From the NCBI GenBank assembly GCA_011109175.1, contig RDEW01000026.1, forward strand, positions 699,695 to 763,694: 64,000 nucleotides of DNA. The letters run 5' to 3'. The notes under the pieces were generated by a model. That model was not told where the DNA came from and did no database searches. It saw only the letters and a list, made by a program, of their open reading frames with translations. The stretch's first letter is position 1, and every line of letters starts with the position of its first letter. This DNA is from Dicyema japonicum. Lineage: Eukaryota; Animalia; Dicyemida. Below are positions 50,640-62,459 of the stretch, piece by piece. Both the position numbers and the translations under genes were made by a program.

Positions 50640-50830
50640 ACTAACTCCTTGATCCTGACTCGTTCAAGCATACAACTCCGAAAGCGCCTTGCCCAAATGG
50701 CATCTTCAGGCTCTGCCTCCTATACCCCAGTGTCAGGTTCTCTAGGATCCGCTTTAATACAGTGGACTGTAGATAGGTCTGGAGCTTCCTATCTACCACC
50801 AACTGCTTCAGATAACCCTTGTGGTACTTT
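50640..50830 (-). mobile_element. R4-like 3' fragment (same family as 2500-4400)
   Basis: TKYHKGYLKQL..KLQTYLQSTVLKRILENL..YRRQS. Confidence 0.7.
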
Positions 50831-50849
50831 GTTAAAATCAAACGGATCG

Positions 50850-51650
50850 AGTACTCTCAAATTCCTCGGTACTCTTGCCTGAAAGGACTCTTGTTGGACT
50901 TATCCAGACTAAACAACCTAGAAAACCTAATACTTTGTGGAGATTTTAATGCAAAGCACCCTGCCTGGTTGAAATCACAAACAACTGACTCAAGAGGACT
51001 ATCCTTAATAAACCAACTCTCCTCCATGACAATCCTCAACACCCCACTATGCACACGAGAACTCCATTCAAGGAAGGTGATTCATCTACATCCCCCGACA
51101 TCACTTTCTGTTCATCAACTCTTGGACCCAACATTTCATGGACAGTACATTACGGATTATCCTCCGATCATAATCCAATAATCATTCGATTCAAAAAATT
51201 TCTCTATCATCCAAAAACAACTGTTTCTTTCTTCAACTACAAAAAAGCAAATTGTGACGGCTACTCAAAACATGTTGACCAGGCTCTACTTTGCTTTGAC
51301 TTGAACATATTCCGTTCTATTGATGAGGCCGTCGACCATTTGAACAAAATAATTCATGATGCTCGTAGTAGATTCATCCCTCGTGGAAGGTTCAAATACT
51401 ACAACGAAATTTTGGATCAGAATACCAGATCACTAATCAGAGAAAGAAACCGCTTGAAAAGACACGTACCTCCCCTCCCGGGACAGAAATCCCAGACAAA
51501 ATCTCTCAATGATGAAATTTCAAGAAGGGCTGAAGCAAACAAGTGGGAAAAGCGAATCTGCTCTCTCCCATTTCATAAATCTGCCCAGATGGTCTGAAAG
51601 GCAATAAAAAGACTTGGCCCTAAAGAAAACTCCTCTTCGAAACAATACAG
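50850..51650 (+). mobile_element. LINE-A endonuclease/linker fragment
   Basis: LCGDFNAKHPAW, TSPDITFCS, SSDHNPI, FNYKKAN. Confidence 0.8.
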
Positions 51651-52085
51651 TCTCACGCAGATCTTTGGTGGCCATTTGGGTCATTGAGCAAAGACTATGC
51701 CTTCCGCTTGTGGGCTAATAATTGTCAGCAATTTTAAAGTCACTAATCATCATCACTTATTTGACTTATGAATGAATCAAATATTAATGAAATAAATTTA
51801 ATAAATTAAGTGGTGATCTCACAAATTGTCAACTTTACTCAGAAACCTGAAGTTTAGAACAAGGAAAATGTCGGATACAAAAAGAATTCGACTTGTCTGA
51901 CCAAAATTGAATAAATCTGTCAGTAGATGCGCGTATATGAAGATAGTTTGTATGCTTTGATTATAAATTAAGAGACCTGGGAATTTCGTAATGTGAACAA
52001 ACTAAACCTACTTTTGGAAATTTGACCTATTTTTGAATTCCCGATAATATATTTCATTTATAAATCATATTGCGCTTTAATCAGG

Positions 52086-52362
52086 ATGCGAATGGTAGTT
52101 CTCTGTCTTCTCTTTATGAAATGTTTTTGTAATGATATTGCAAATGATTTATTCAATGTTCCTAATGCGGATTTTGATGGAGTTAATTTTAAAGTAAATC
52201 AGAATGACGTGGTAGAAACTGTTCAAAAGATAAAGGTGAATTTAAAATTGATTCCAGCACAGAGAAACGATTGTAATCGCAATATTCTTTGGAATATTTT
52301 GTCTTAGTCAAATAATTTTGGGATCCGGAACATACTTTTTAACTAGAAAAGCAAAACAATAA
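52086..52362 (+). CDS. Putative small (84 aa) single-pass membrane protein, orphan
   Basis: MRMVVLCLLFMKCFC (signal-like) NDIANDLFNVPNADFDGVNFKVNQNDVVETVQKIK|HRETIVIAIFFGIFCLSQIILGSGTYFLTRKAKQ*; removing the 22-nt GT-AG intron 52236-52257 creates a TM helix followed by basic residues. Confidence 0.55.
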
Positions 52363-52729
52363 TGTATATGTAATATATATTTAGATAAACATAAATACTA
52401 ATAATGGTTCTTTTCTGGTAAATCTTGTTCTCTTAACTATAACACCAATAAATAGGTTAAGTGAACTAATTAGCATAAATTGTTGGCTTGTAGGTTTCTC
52501 AGCTGTATTCATCAATTCACTAGTAGTGTTGAAAAGTAATTAAAAATCCTTTATATCTAAAATTTTCATTTTGATTCTTTACATTATTTTTGCATTTTCT
52601 TTCAGAATTTGTTGACAACCAAGTTAGTATCCTTGCATCTTTAACCAATTTTGGCATTCAACAGCTGCGATTGATGGCTTCAACCAGCAGCAGAGAAAAT
52701 AAAACCCACAGCCCCACCGGTTAGTTAGT

Positions 52730-53270
52730 TAATAGCACTCCCGTGTTGCCATAATCACGTAAAATGCCTAGGTTTTCGCTCGTGCCGCACACTCGACTAT
52801 CTTCCCAGCCCACTCCATCTAGCTCTGTTTCTCGCGCGTTTACGAATATCCTCAAGATCGTCTCCAGTTTTGAGTTGACCGCCAAATTCGTGCGTAATCG
52901 TTATTCAGGCAGAGGAGAAACGTACATCTTGCCCGACCCCGAAATCCAATTCCGTGATTTGAATAGTAATCTTCCATGATTTGATTGCAAGGAATCACTT
53001 TGTCCACTTTCAGAACATGTCCGAAAGGCCAGTGAGGTAATTACTTCTCTGCTTGTCGGTTTGCATTTACATAATTTGTAGTGTCGTTTTGATAATCTGT
53101 GGTCATTTGATTCCCGCGATTTTAATTGATTTCTATGAAATGGTCCGTTTTTGAAGTTCCCCATAATAGGACTGGTTGTATGAACGCATCAGAAGATTTA
53201 AGGAGATAAGTTTTCTGCGAGTCCAAATACTCCACTATTTTTCAGTGCACACGATGCCAACATCTTTCTT
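52730..53270 (-). mobile_element. RTE 3' fragment
   Basis: FHRNQLK, LTGLSDMF/FGHV region, QLKTGDDLEDIR..ARNRARW; 3' TATGGCAACACGGGAGTGCT. Confidence 0.7.
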
Positions 53271-53479
53271 ATTCTAGTTAAAACTTGCAATCTAAATTCT
53301 AAATTATCGATTAAAACAAGGGATTCGAGAAGCAGAGGAAAAGTCGAAATGTAAATTGTAAGTTATAATTTTGTAGATTTAATCAAAGTATTAAACGTGG
53401 GCATCCTAGTCTAGAGGTGGTTTTGGCAAGTATTGTACGATCAACGAAAAAATACTATTCTATATTTTTATATCTTCAA

Positions 53480-54095
53480 GATGGATATAACTTGTACAAA
53501 CGGCTTTGAAAAAACTGACAAACAGAAATAGCGCAGATATTGACGGTATAAACGGAGAACTTCTAAAATACTCACCCCCTCACTTACCTATCAGCTATGC
53601 AATATACTAGACGACATTTTTACTATACATGGGAGTTCCACTCGGACAAGGAGTCCTAATTCCTATACAAAAATCGGGAGGTCAATTGGGCCAGTTGAAA
53701 ATCTCAGACCCACAATAGAAAACTACTGTCGCTAATTGTTTTTGATAGAATATCACCTACTGTAGACAAGTTCTTGTCGATGGACAAAGTGGTTTCAGAA
53801 GAGGGAAGTCCACGGCGGATATAGTGTGGACACATAGATGGTGTGCCCTATGACGCAAATATTAAAGAAGGTAGTTTATATTCTGGGGATTGATATATCG
53901 AGAGCTTGTGATACTGTTCGTAGAGGAAGGATCATGCGACAACTAGAAACGTTGCTAGAAGAGAACAGTTTAAGGAAGATACGGGTTATACTTTCAAACA
54001 CGGAGTTGGAAGTCTAGATTGGCTCAGCGCTCTCACAAAGTTAAAACGCAAATTGGCACTCCAAAAGGTGATTCACTATCACCAATTCTCTTTGG
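53480..54095 (+). mobile_element. RTE RT fragment
   Basis: GQGVLIPIQK, SGFRRGKSTADIVWTHRW, ILGIDISRA, GTPKGDSLSP. Confidence 0.75.
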
Positions 54096-54311
54096 CCCAA
54101 ACGACGAAAAAAATATAAGTCAATATAATGTAACTTGTCATCCCTCTTTTTAGTGGACTCGGAGACATCGGGATCTTAAAATTTTTGAATTATGAATGCA
54201 CCAATGTTTAGATTTCGAATCCTTTAATCTACTGTGGATTTAATAGTGATCGATCAAAACTGTTATATCAATCTAATTTATTATTCAAACTTAAGTCAAG
54301 GTTAACAACTC

Positions 54312-54999
54312 TTACTTAAACGATTTGTTATTTGAATATTTATACTCTCTTATTTTGAGACAAGCTCCTTTAGGGTCAATTGATTTTTCTGAAACTAACA
54401 AATCTTTGAACCTCTGACTCTGTTTTCCAAAAATGCAATCAAAGCTGCTGAGTCTTGCAAAATATTCAATTTTGATTGAATCAGTTTGCAATTCTTCTGT
54501 TTTCTTAGTTCTTTTGGTAATAAGCTGCAAAGTCTCCCAAGTTCTTCAAAGAAGAGTTGATGTCATGAACTCTACTTCTGTTTATAGTTAAAACTATTTG
54601 GAGACCTCTCACGTTTATTGTTGATTTGTCTTTTCGCAAGTTCGAAGGAGAAGGCCTGGGATGTAAATTTGATTTCTTACTTTTTTGGAGACTCGTGGAC
54701 CCTAGTCGCGGAATAGTCTCCAGTATATGAGACTGAACTGTTAGAATAGTCCCAACTCTTATCATAAATATTATCAAATACATAATTATCGTAATAATGT
54801 TCATAAGCAGGTTCATATAAATTATCGATTCCATAGAAAGTGCTATTGTCTATCACATGTCCGTTGTAAAATTCGTAGCCTTCCACAGGTTGCTCCATCG
54901 TCTAATTTTATGCACAATTTTACTGAATTATAGTATTTTCTATACTGAAAATCGTCGTTACTCCAAAATGGAACTAAAATGAACCACAGCATCAACCAT
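54312..54999 (-). CDS. Class I bHLH E-protein (daughterless/TCF3-TCF4-TCF12 family), very short
   Basis: Spliced C-terminus KRQINNKRER|SRVHDINSSFEELGRLC...QSKLNILQDSAALIAFLENRVRE|KSIDPKGACLKIRE matches the E-protein consensus [60 protein letters not shown]. N-terminal Tyr/Asp/Asn-rich exon 54677-54898; needs 1-nt homopolymer corrections; start approximate. Confidence 0.82.
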
Positions 55000-55049
55000 T
55001 GTTGTATTTGTTAGAATAATCCATCTTTTTGCGAGAATACGAATATTTC

Positions 55050-56560
55050 TATTTATAGACGACTCAGAGGCAGTTCGAGTCAACAACTTGTCAAGTGGAA
55101 CTCTCAAAACTTTAATTCAGACGGTTTACATTTAATCAATAAATGAAAAATTGATTTCTATATTTTCAAATTATTTCTTATTTCTCCGTACCCCAGGTTT
55201 GTTCAATTCTTTCTCAGATTTATTTTTTCATTGAGAGTACTGAAACATTCATCCAGTAAACAATAAATTTAAAAAATACAGCCCAATATCCAGCTGGGAC
55301 ACTTTAATAATGGTCAATATTCATTTAATTTACAGAATTGTTCAATTTAGCATATGCCACAATGATTGAATTGATCGAACTGACTTTACTATGTGGATCA
55401 CTCTAAAGAGTTTTTATCACGTGCAAATATGGTTTCAAGGTTGAAACCATAAAAAGATGTGCTGCTTATTTCGAGAGGAAGTTTCTTTCATTTCTTATTG
55501 TTTGAACTCAAAATTTGGTGTTCAAGACTGAGACTATTGTCATTCAAAGTAAATTTAACATAATTTAAGAACATTAAATTGTTAAAGTAACATATTTTTC
55601 AATAAGTGTGGTTGCTTTCAAAGTTCCATTTCGTAGCAGCGATGTGGGAATCTGTTTCGATAATCTCAATAATATTCTAAGGATTGGTTTTGTAATACTC
55701 CAGTTAGCTCACTGACAGCAAAATTCATGCTCCGAAAACGTACCGATATTCGATGGAACAAATTGTTTTGTATTGAAACTCCAACAAAGAGATTTCAAGA
55801 ATGTGAAAAAATCTTAATTCTATTTTTTCCTTGTAGCTATGAGGTCGACTTGATGCGTGCATGATAACATAGGGTCCAGGATGGCTCGCAAGATGGAAAG
55901 TATCTTGTGAGTCATGTTCCACATGATTTCTTTATTTAGTTCTGATATCCGTTTTACTGACGACCACTGACTGTCGACTTTCTTTAGTTCTCGCTTGATA
56001 AGCTCGTGTTTCATTGACAATTGGATGCAAGGGACTTGAGGGTAATCCATCGAGCTCGGAGTATGATCTCATTTAGGTGTCCTATTGGTAGCAACGATCA
56101 AATGGAAATCCTCTATCCAAAACAGTGAAGGAGTTGTTCAATAAAGTACGTGAATGCGTGCCACACCACCTGTGAGAAGTTGATGATGTTCTTAGATTAT
56201 GAATTGACTTTTTTGTGAAATTTTCATATATTTGTCATGTAATAATTGTACCAAATGTGTTTTCTATTTCTTTGATTATCTTCTATTGCAGACAAAATTG
56301 GATGTGAATGCGCCTCACAACTTTTTGATCTCGCCTCAGATAGTCACTGTTCAGCATTCATCAGCATCTTGTTGTCACAATTTACTTCACCATTCTTAAA
56401 AATGGATCAGACCGTTTGTGGACAACGGTCAAATGATTTGAGGTGGTACTCATGAGATCTAAAGTTCTCCAACTGTTTATTATAGGACTTGATAGGGAAT
56501 AGGCTGTTTGAGTATTTGAGAGTCATACTCAAAGCCTGATTATTAATGGCTATTCAAATC
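55050..56560 (-). pseudogene. Possible decayed hAT-like DNA transposase
   Basis: Remnant ILRARWITLK (TRW-like) and helical segments; heavily interrupted; weak. Confidence 0.3.
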
Positions 56561-57309
56561 ACGTTTAGTAGTTAAAAGTGATTAAGAATATTGATTTAAA
56601 ATAATCATGTTTCTAATAATGTCCTATGGAAATCAATTCCACACCTGCTATTTGGTCAAACATTTATGTTAGGAATCCTCTACCAAAATGGGTCCAAAAT
56701 GATGATTAACTCCCCTTTTATTTCATAATAATGTTAACTCTATTTTGTAATCTAATAAATTTAAATAAACAATTATTACAGCATCATGCTCTTGTAGGCA
56801 CTCACTATCAATAAAGCAAAATTATGTAACACCAATATCGATAGGAAATCCAAAGATCGAGACTGTTCGGTCACAATTTGAGAATGGACTTTGGCGTAAC
56901 AACAAATCGTGTGATGGAGGAATATTTTATGGAACAAGGAAGATTATTCCGGGGAAGGCCTAGGACAACTATACCATCTGTGTTAAATCAAGACTTAACA
57001 TTAGTCTACAATCATCCAGAAAACTTCCCCTGGACGGCACTGCCTTCACGATCGAATATTTTTATGATGGAGACTTCTAGAGATGTGGACCAGAAAGAAT
57101 AACCTACTAAGCCTAAACGTTAATGGAGTGAGACAGTCTACTTTAATAATTTTAATAAACTATGACAATACATCACAAGGACTCCGATCGTTCCGTACGG
57201 ATACAATCAAAGTCTACACCCTCAATTACTTTATTGAAAGACCAAGCATGGAAAAGCTAGGATCACGTAATTAGTGTTTTAATATCTTTTTTGGTGGTCT
57301 TTGATTATT

Positions 57310-58700
57310 ATTATAGGCAACTATCGTAGAAACATAATTGTTATAATTCCACACGTGCGGCACTTAAAGCGATTTTTCGGATCAATATCGTCCATCCTTC
57401 CCTGTTACACGCCAAACTTCTCATAGCATCCAGATCCTCCCCACGTACGAGTCTCCGGTTGATTTCCTTGAGATACTCATCCGGTAACGTAGTACGCGGC
57501 GCCTTCGATATTTCTTTCCACTTGCAGCGAAATATTCCTCCATTGCCAAATTTGCAGGTGATGTGGGGTCTATCCATAGGACGTGTCCAAACACTCTCCA
57601 TCGGGCATCCACCACATCCCAAGTCACAGGTCTCGTTGAGCACTTTTGGTACAGTGCCTCATTGTTGATCCGTGTCGGCCATTGTACCCTGCATATTATT
57701 CGTAATTGCCTTCGGTGGAAGGAGTTAAGATTTTTGTTTTTTGAGATCGAAATCTCCCAGCAGGAAGAGTTATATAGCAGGACCGGCTTCACGAAAGCAT
57801 TATAGAGGCGCAAACGAAGCGCGATCGTTACCGGTCTGTTAGCCAACCAATCCGTCTTCATCCTGTTCAGTGCGACCGTCGATAGTACTTTCCTCCGGGT
57901 TATGTCCTCACTGTCCCTGAGGAGGGAGCCGAGCTTTCTGGAACGTCTCCATCCCTCTTCCAATCTTGATCCCATGCGTACGATTTTTACAATTTCAGTT
58001 TTAGTTGTATTCACCGTAAAAAAACCATTTCCCAAGTTCTGCAGGGGCAACCTAAAGTAACTGCCTCAAGGCTTGTAGTCGCACTCTCTTTGGTGTGTGG
58101 CACAACGCCACTATGCCCCAGACAATATCAGCGGTAGATCTTCCTGTCCTGAATCTCTATGGCTCTACAGGCTCTTGCACATGATCCAGACAAGGACTTT
58201 CTTAGCGTATTGAGTAGGGTGACTGGCGCAGGTTTTCCACTCTTATTCGGTTTTTGAATCGGCACCAGAATTCTTTTGCCAACGAAAGAAGGTCGTTAGT
58301 TGCAAACATTTCGTTTAATACTTTGGCCACGAATTCCACCAGGGTTTTGGGGCCGTACTTCAGTAACTCAGCACTTATGCCATCCGGTCCTGACGAGCAA
58401 TTGCACTTCAGTCTTTATATTGCTTTCATAACTTCTCCACAGTGATTTCATTTACAAAATTTCCTGCATTACCAGTGATTAGGTCCTTTTCCCAATCAAC
58501 GTCAAAGAGTCGTTCAAAATGAGTAGCAATAAGTTCGGCTTGTTCCGTAGCGTCAAAAATCATATTCCTTTGTTATCCTGAATTTTTAGATTGCCCTTTT
58601 GGTCCTCTTAAGTCGCCAAGAACATCTGCGCACAATCCTTTAGATTCTCCACTTCCTTAGCCTGGCATCCAAAAAGTTTGATCTTCGATTCCCAAATAAA
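57310..58700 (-). mobile_element. RTE-clade fragment, internally deleted
   Basis: ELLKYGP, KLGSLL, LRLYNAFVKPVLLYN, FHRRQLR, RWRVFGHVL. Confidence 0.82.
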
Positions 58701-58999
58701 TAATAATTTTGCTTCTGACATTATGTTCCTACAAGTTTGTGTCGGAATATGTGACCAATTCAATTAAAATATCCAATTTATTGTTAATAAAACAAGATCA
58801 CTGTTAAACCAATACAAAGTGATCCCGAGGCAAACCGATAATGCATCAGTTTCCTAACTCTAATATATATAGAAATTTTGAATATAATAATAACCAAAAG
58901 TCAGAATTAAACTATTTATAACTGATTGGCTGTATTAATTTATTTTCTTTCGTTTTGAGCCATTCCTTAGCTATCTAACTGCAACCTCTTGGTCACCAT

Positions 59000-59230
59000 C
59001 ACCAATCTGATCTTCACTACAGTATTGTTGTTTTTATGGGCACAATCCCGTCATCCTCAATTTCTTCTAGAGACTTTCGTCGTAAGAAATGAATGACCTC
59101 ACTAAAATCACTCTCTTGAAAGTTTATCCCATGTCGGTGCTCCACTAACATGCTTTCAAGAGTTTTCTTTAACACAATAGATTGAATATATGCCCTCGGA
59201 ATTATATCCACATCTAAAACATCCATATAT
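59000..59230 (-). mobile_element. R4-like 3' fragment
   Basis: AYIQSIVLKKTLES. Confidence 0.6.
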
Positions 59231-59259
59231 GACTTGTAGGACTTACATTTCCTCCCAAG

Positions 59260-60085
59260 TCAATAGGGATAATTTTATTGACGAATCGAGTCTAAGAATG
59301 ATCCAATTTTTCTATCTAACACAGAGGTTCCTTGTGAGAGTTGGAAACTCACTCAATTTGAAACAAACATAGGCACTCCTCAAGACTCTTCTCTCCGCTT
59401 TCAATATACTTGGAGGCCAACTATGAGGGAACTGAGACCATTATACCAAGAAACATAGAAGAAGTGATTTATGCTGATGATGTCGACCTAATCTCTGAAG
59501 ACAAAGAACTCCTGGAACATGTACTAGAAAAGCACCAGATATACGTGGGAAATGGTTCTCACCGTTAACAGGGAAAAAACAGAACGGACAGAAACTCACT
59601 CGAAGAGAATGGAGACACACAAAGAAACTTGGCTTCCTATTAGGAGATAGTGAAGATATCATATGGGAAAAACCATGGCAAACGCGGCATTACACAGGCT
59701 GACAAACCTATGGCTAAAACGGAAAGGGAATAACATAAAACAAAGGAGAATGTTATACGGCACCTTTATCAAACCAATCATCCTAGACTTTTTTGACACG
59801 TCCTGAGGTCGGACCCAATATCCCCCCTGAATATCGCAATGGAAGATTACTACTCCTCCAATGTAAAACGCTTTCGTGAAAGACCGAAAACAACCCTCCG
59901 TCGTTTTACAAAACGATCTGAAAGCCGTGAAGAAAACATTGGCATCTGGTGACGATTTGGACACACTGAGGGACCTAGCTAAGAAAAGAATAGCGTGGAG
60001 CAAGCTAACTAATTCTCTTCTATTTTTTGCTGCACATGCGGGGGTATAAATATTATGGCTTTCGTGAAAGTGCTAATAATAATGA
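59260..60085 (+). mobile_element. RTE fragment with 3' end
   Basis: Homologous to 38990-39400 (IDESSLRMIQ, YADDVDLISED); 3' TATGGCTTTCGTGAAAGTGCT(AAT)n at ~60054-60083. Confidence 0.8.
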
Positions 60086-61546
60086 GTAAATTTAACTTTT
60101 TAAAAAATTTTATTAAATTAATAGCTCACGTATTATTGTAAAACCATTTCTTTTCCTTCCCTCTGATGGCGTAATTGAACCCACCTTACTCAGGAGACAG
60201 CCAATGCCTGGCCGACATTCAAAAAAATCCTATCACCCAAAAGTAAAAATCTTACCACCCAATTTGGCCGATATCGCCCAGGTTGACCACTGCACTAAAA
60301 GATGAGGAAGAAAATAATTTACAAAGGGGATCCAACATGATAAAGTCTATGAAATTCACAATAAAATCTGCTTTAGTCTAATTTTCTAATCAAATATTAT
60401 GCCTTTTATCTCAAAAAACCTTTAAGACCACCAAGTTTATCTGGAGTGAAATTATTCAAAAAGATGGACCACGTGAGCCGAGCACGTTCAATTACCAAAA
60501 AATCCAGATGTCCGAATTTAATGACCACTATGGAACTGAAGCATATCATTCCTTCATCTTTATCGATCAAAATGAATTCAGAAATATGCATATGTTAAAC
60601 CAATATATAAGTAAACATTTCAAATTTACTGTCTAATTTTCAACCAATGCTCATCTCCAAAATCACCGAACACAAATTCTCTAACAAGATTCACTCCCTA
60701 CACCTTATTTCACTTTTTGTGAGCCTTTTATTCTACATCAATACACATCAATCATCTCGAAGTTTATTGCTGAAGGTTTTAACTCATTAAAAAACTCTCC
60801 TCATGTCATTGGATGTCATCAAGACATTTGACTCTGTTCTTCGGAAAACACTCACAAAGAAAATAATCGGAATTATCCCAACATAAACCCATAACTTTTA
60901 AATTTGTGAGAAGTAGTGGACAGTGACTAGCGTTGAAACACATTTTCTATCTAATAGAACTCCACAAAATTTTTAACTGTCTTCAACTTCCAAATAAATG
61001 AAATGCAATGATAGAGACTATCGAGAAATTCCTCTTTTTGTACAAAAAATGATGGAAACTTATGGTTTACTGGGAAAGTACTTGACAAATTATATTTATG
61101 CACAAATCAATAAAATATGAAGCCAACTATCTTCCTAAACAACAGGGTTATTCCAGCTAACAACAATTCAATCACATGTGAACAAAGATTTTCTTTCTCG
61201 TCTATAGCCAGGAGCGCTGAAAAGATTGATAAAGATCGTCTTAAAACCTGTCAGTAACAGTGTTGGATGCATTTAGTTTATCCAGCCATAATCTGCACAA
61301 ACATGAGTACAATTTATCCACCAGATTTATAATTTGAGACCATGCCTCTGAATGGGTAACATTATCGTGTATTCCCATTGAATACTAAGGCTTTCAATAT
61401 TTCCCTGTTCCCGTGATTAAGGTGGTATAGTTAACCTTTGTTTTTCTTGACCTTAAGTTCCCATCACAGATATTACTTTCACTCTAATTTTGAGACAATA
61501 ATAGAGTCCACCGTGTTAGTCCCATGTTAATAAGTTAATTATTAAT

Positions 61547-62309
61547 TTATTCATTTTCCTCTTCTCTGACGATTGGTTCTCCTAAATTACGTCATATCAA
61601 TATAAACCATCTATTTTTATTTCAACTTTACTATTCTTTTTTTAACCTGATCTTTCCAGTCACCTTCGTTTGAATGCTTCTCTTCCAATGGATTGCCTTA
61701 ACTAAGTCAAGACCGAACCCACAAAAACCAGATCTTCAAGGAATGGAAGATCCCCGAGTTTTGAAACTCATTCCAATCTTTAACCATATTATTCGACATA
61801 TAAAGGACCTAAACCATCATAGTAACGACTACTTTCAGTTTTTTGAGGACATTGACTCCTTTCATCTTTTCGATGTTATTATAAGATATCCACAACTCCT
61901 CCAAGGTGTCTCCGACAGCTTCCTTGTATAAATATGAATAAAACTAATCCAGTGAAACTCTTGATGTTGTTCCTTCCTAGAGATAGAATTGTTAAATTTT
62001 CTAGATTTCACAGAATTTTTACTTAGTCCATTCAAATTGGCGATCTTTTCGATGCAATTTGTAGATAAAGATAGCTTTCTATGGAATATAAGTTTGGGAT
62101 CACTTGACGTTCGTTAATGTTGACAGTGAGGCATCCATTTTCTCGATTGGAGGAAGATAAGCCATTAGTTTGATTTCAGTCGAATTTTGTGCTTTCTCTT
62201 TGTTGATTTCTTCCTTTATATAAATATTTCTCAAAACCCATTTTGTCAACGCTTCCTTTATGGTAGTAGCCTTGCTCTAAGTTTTAATAGAAAACAGCCA
62301 AACTACCAT
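61547..62309 (-). CDS. DNAL1: Axonemal dynein light chain 1 (LC1)
   Basis: Absent from the ORF track; spliced M|[13 protein letters not shown]|[36 protein letters not shown]|[19 protein letters not shown]|[19 protein letters not shown]|[30 protein letters not shown]|[23 protein letters not shown]|[10 protein letters not shown]|[10 protein letters not shown]; eight 22-30 nt introns; two small indels in A-runs. Confidence 0.96.
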
Positions 62310-62459
62310 TTTATCAGCTGCTTAGCAACAATACTTTTAATTTATAAATGGACGAGTTAGAAGCGATGGATAATCATTTTTTAACTATTCTGTGATCTCA
62401 CTGGCATTATACTCCTTCGAGTAATATAGTTAATCAAAATTCCAAATAAACATTATATT

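Noticed and set aside
52400-52715. Minus-strand membrane-protein gene remnant with a micro-intron-like segment
   Set aside because: No continuous frame could be assembled; contains stops and is cut by an RTE 3' end.
60200-61500. Decayed Buster/Charlie hAT element (TIR-like CAGTGGTCAACC near 60283-60291; similar ends at ~9721 and ~15259)
   Set aside because: Single unpaired TIR-like ends and no convincing transposase motif.
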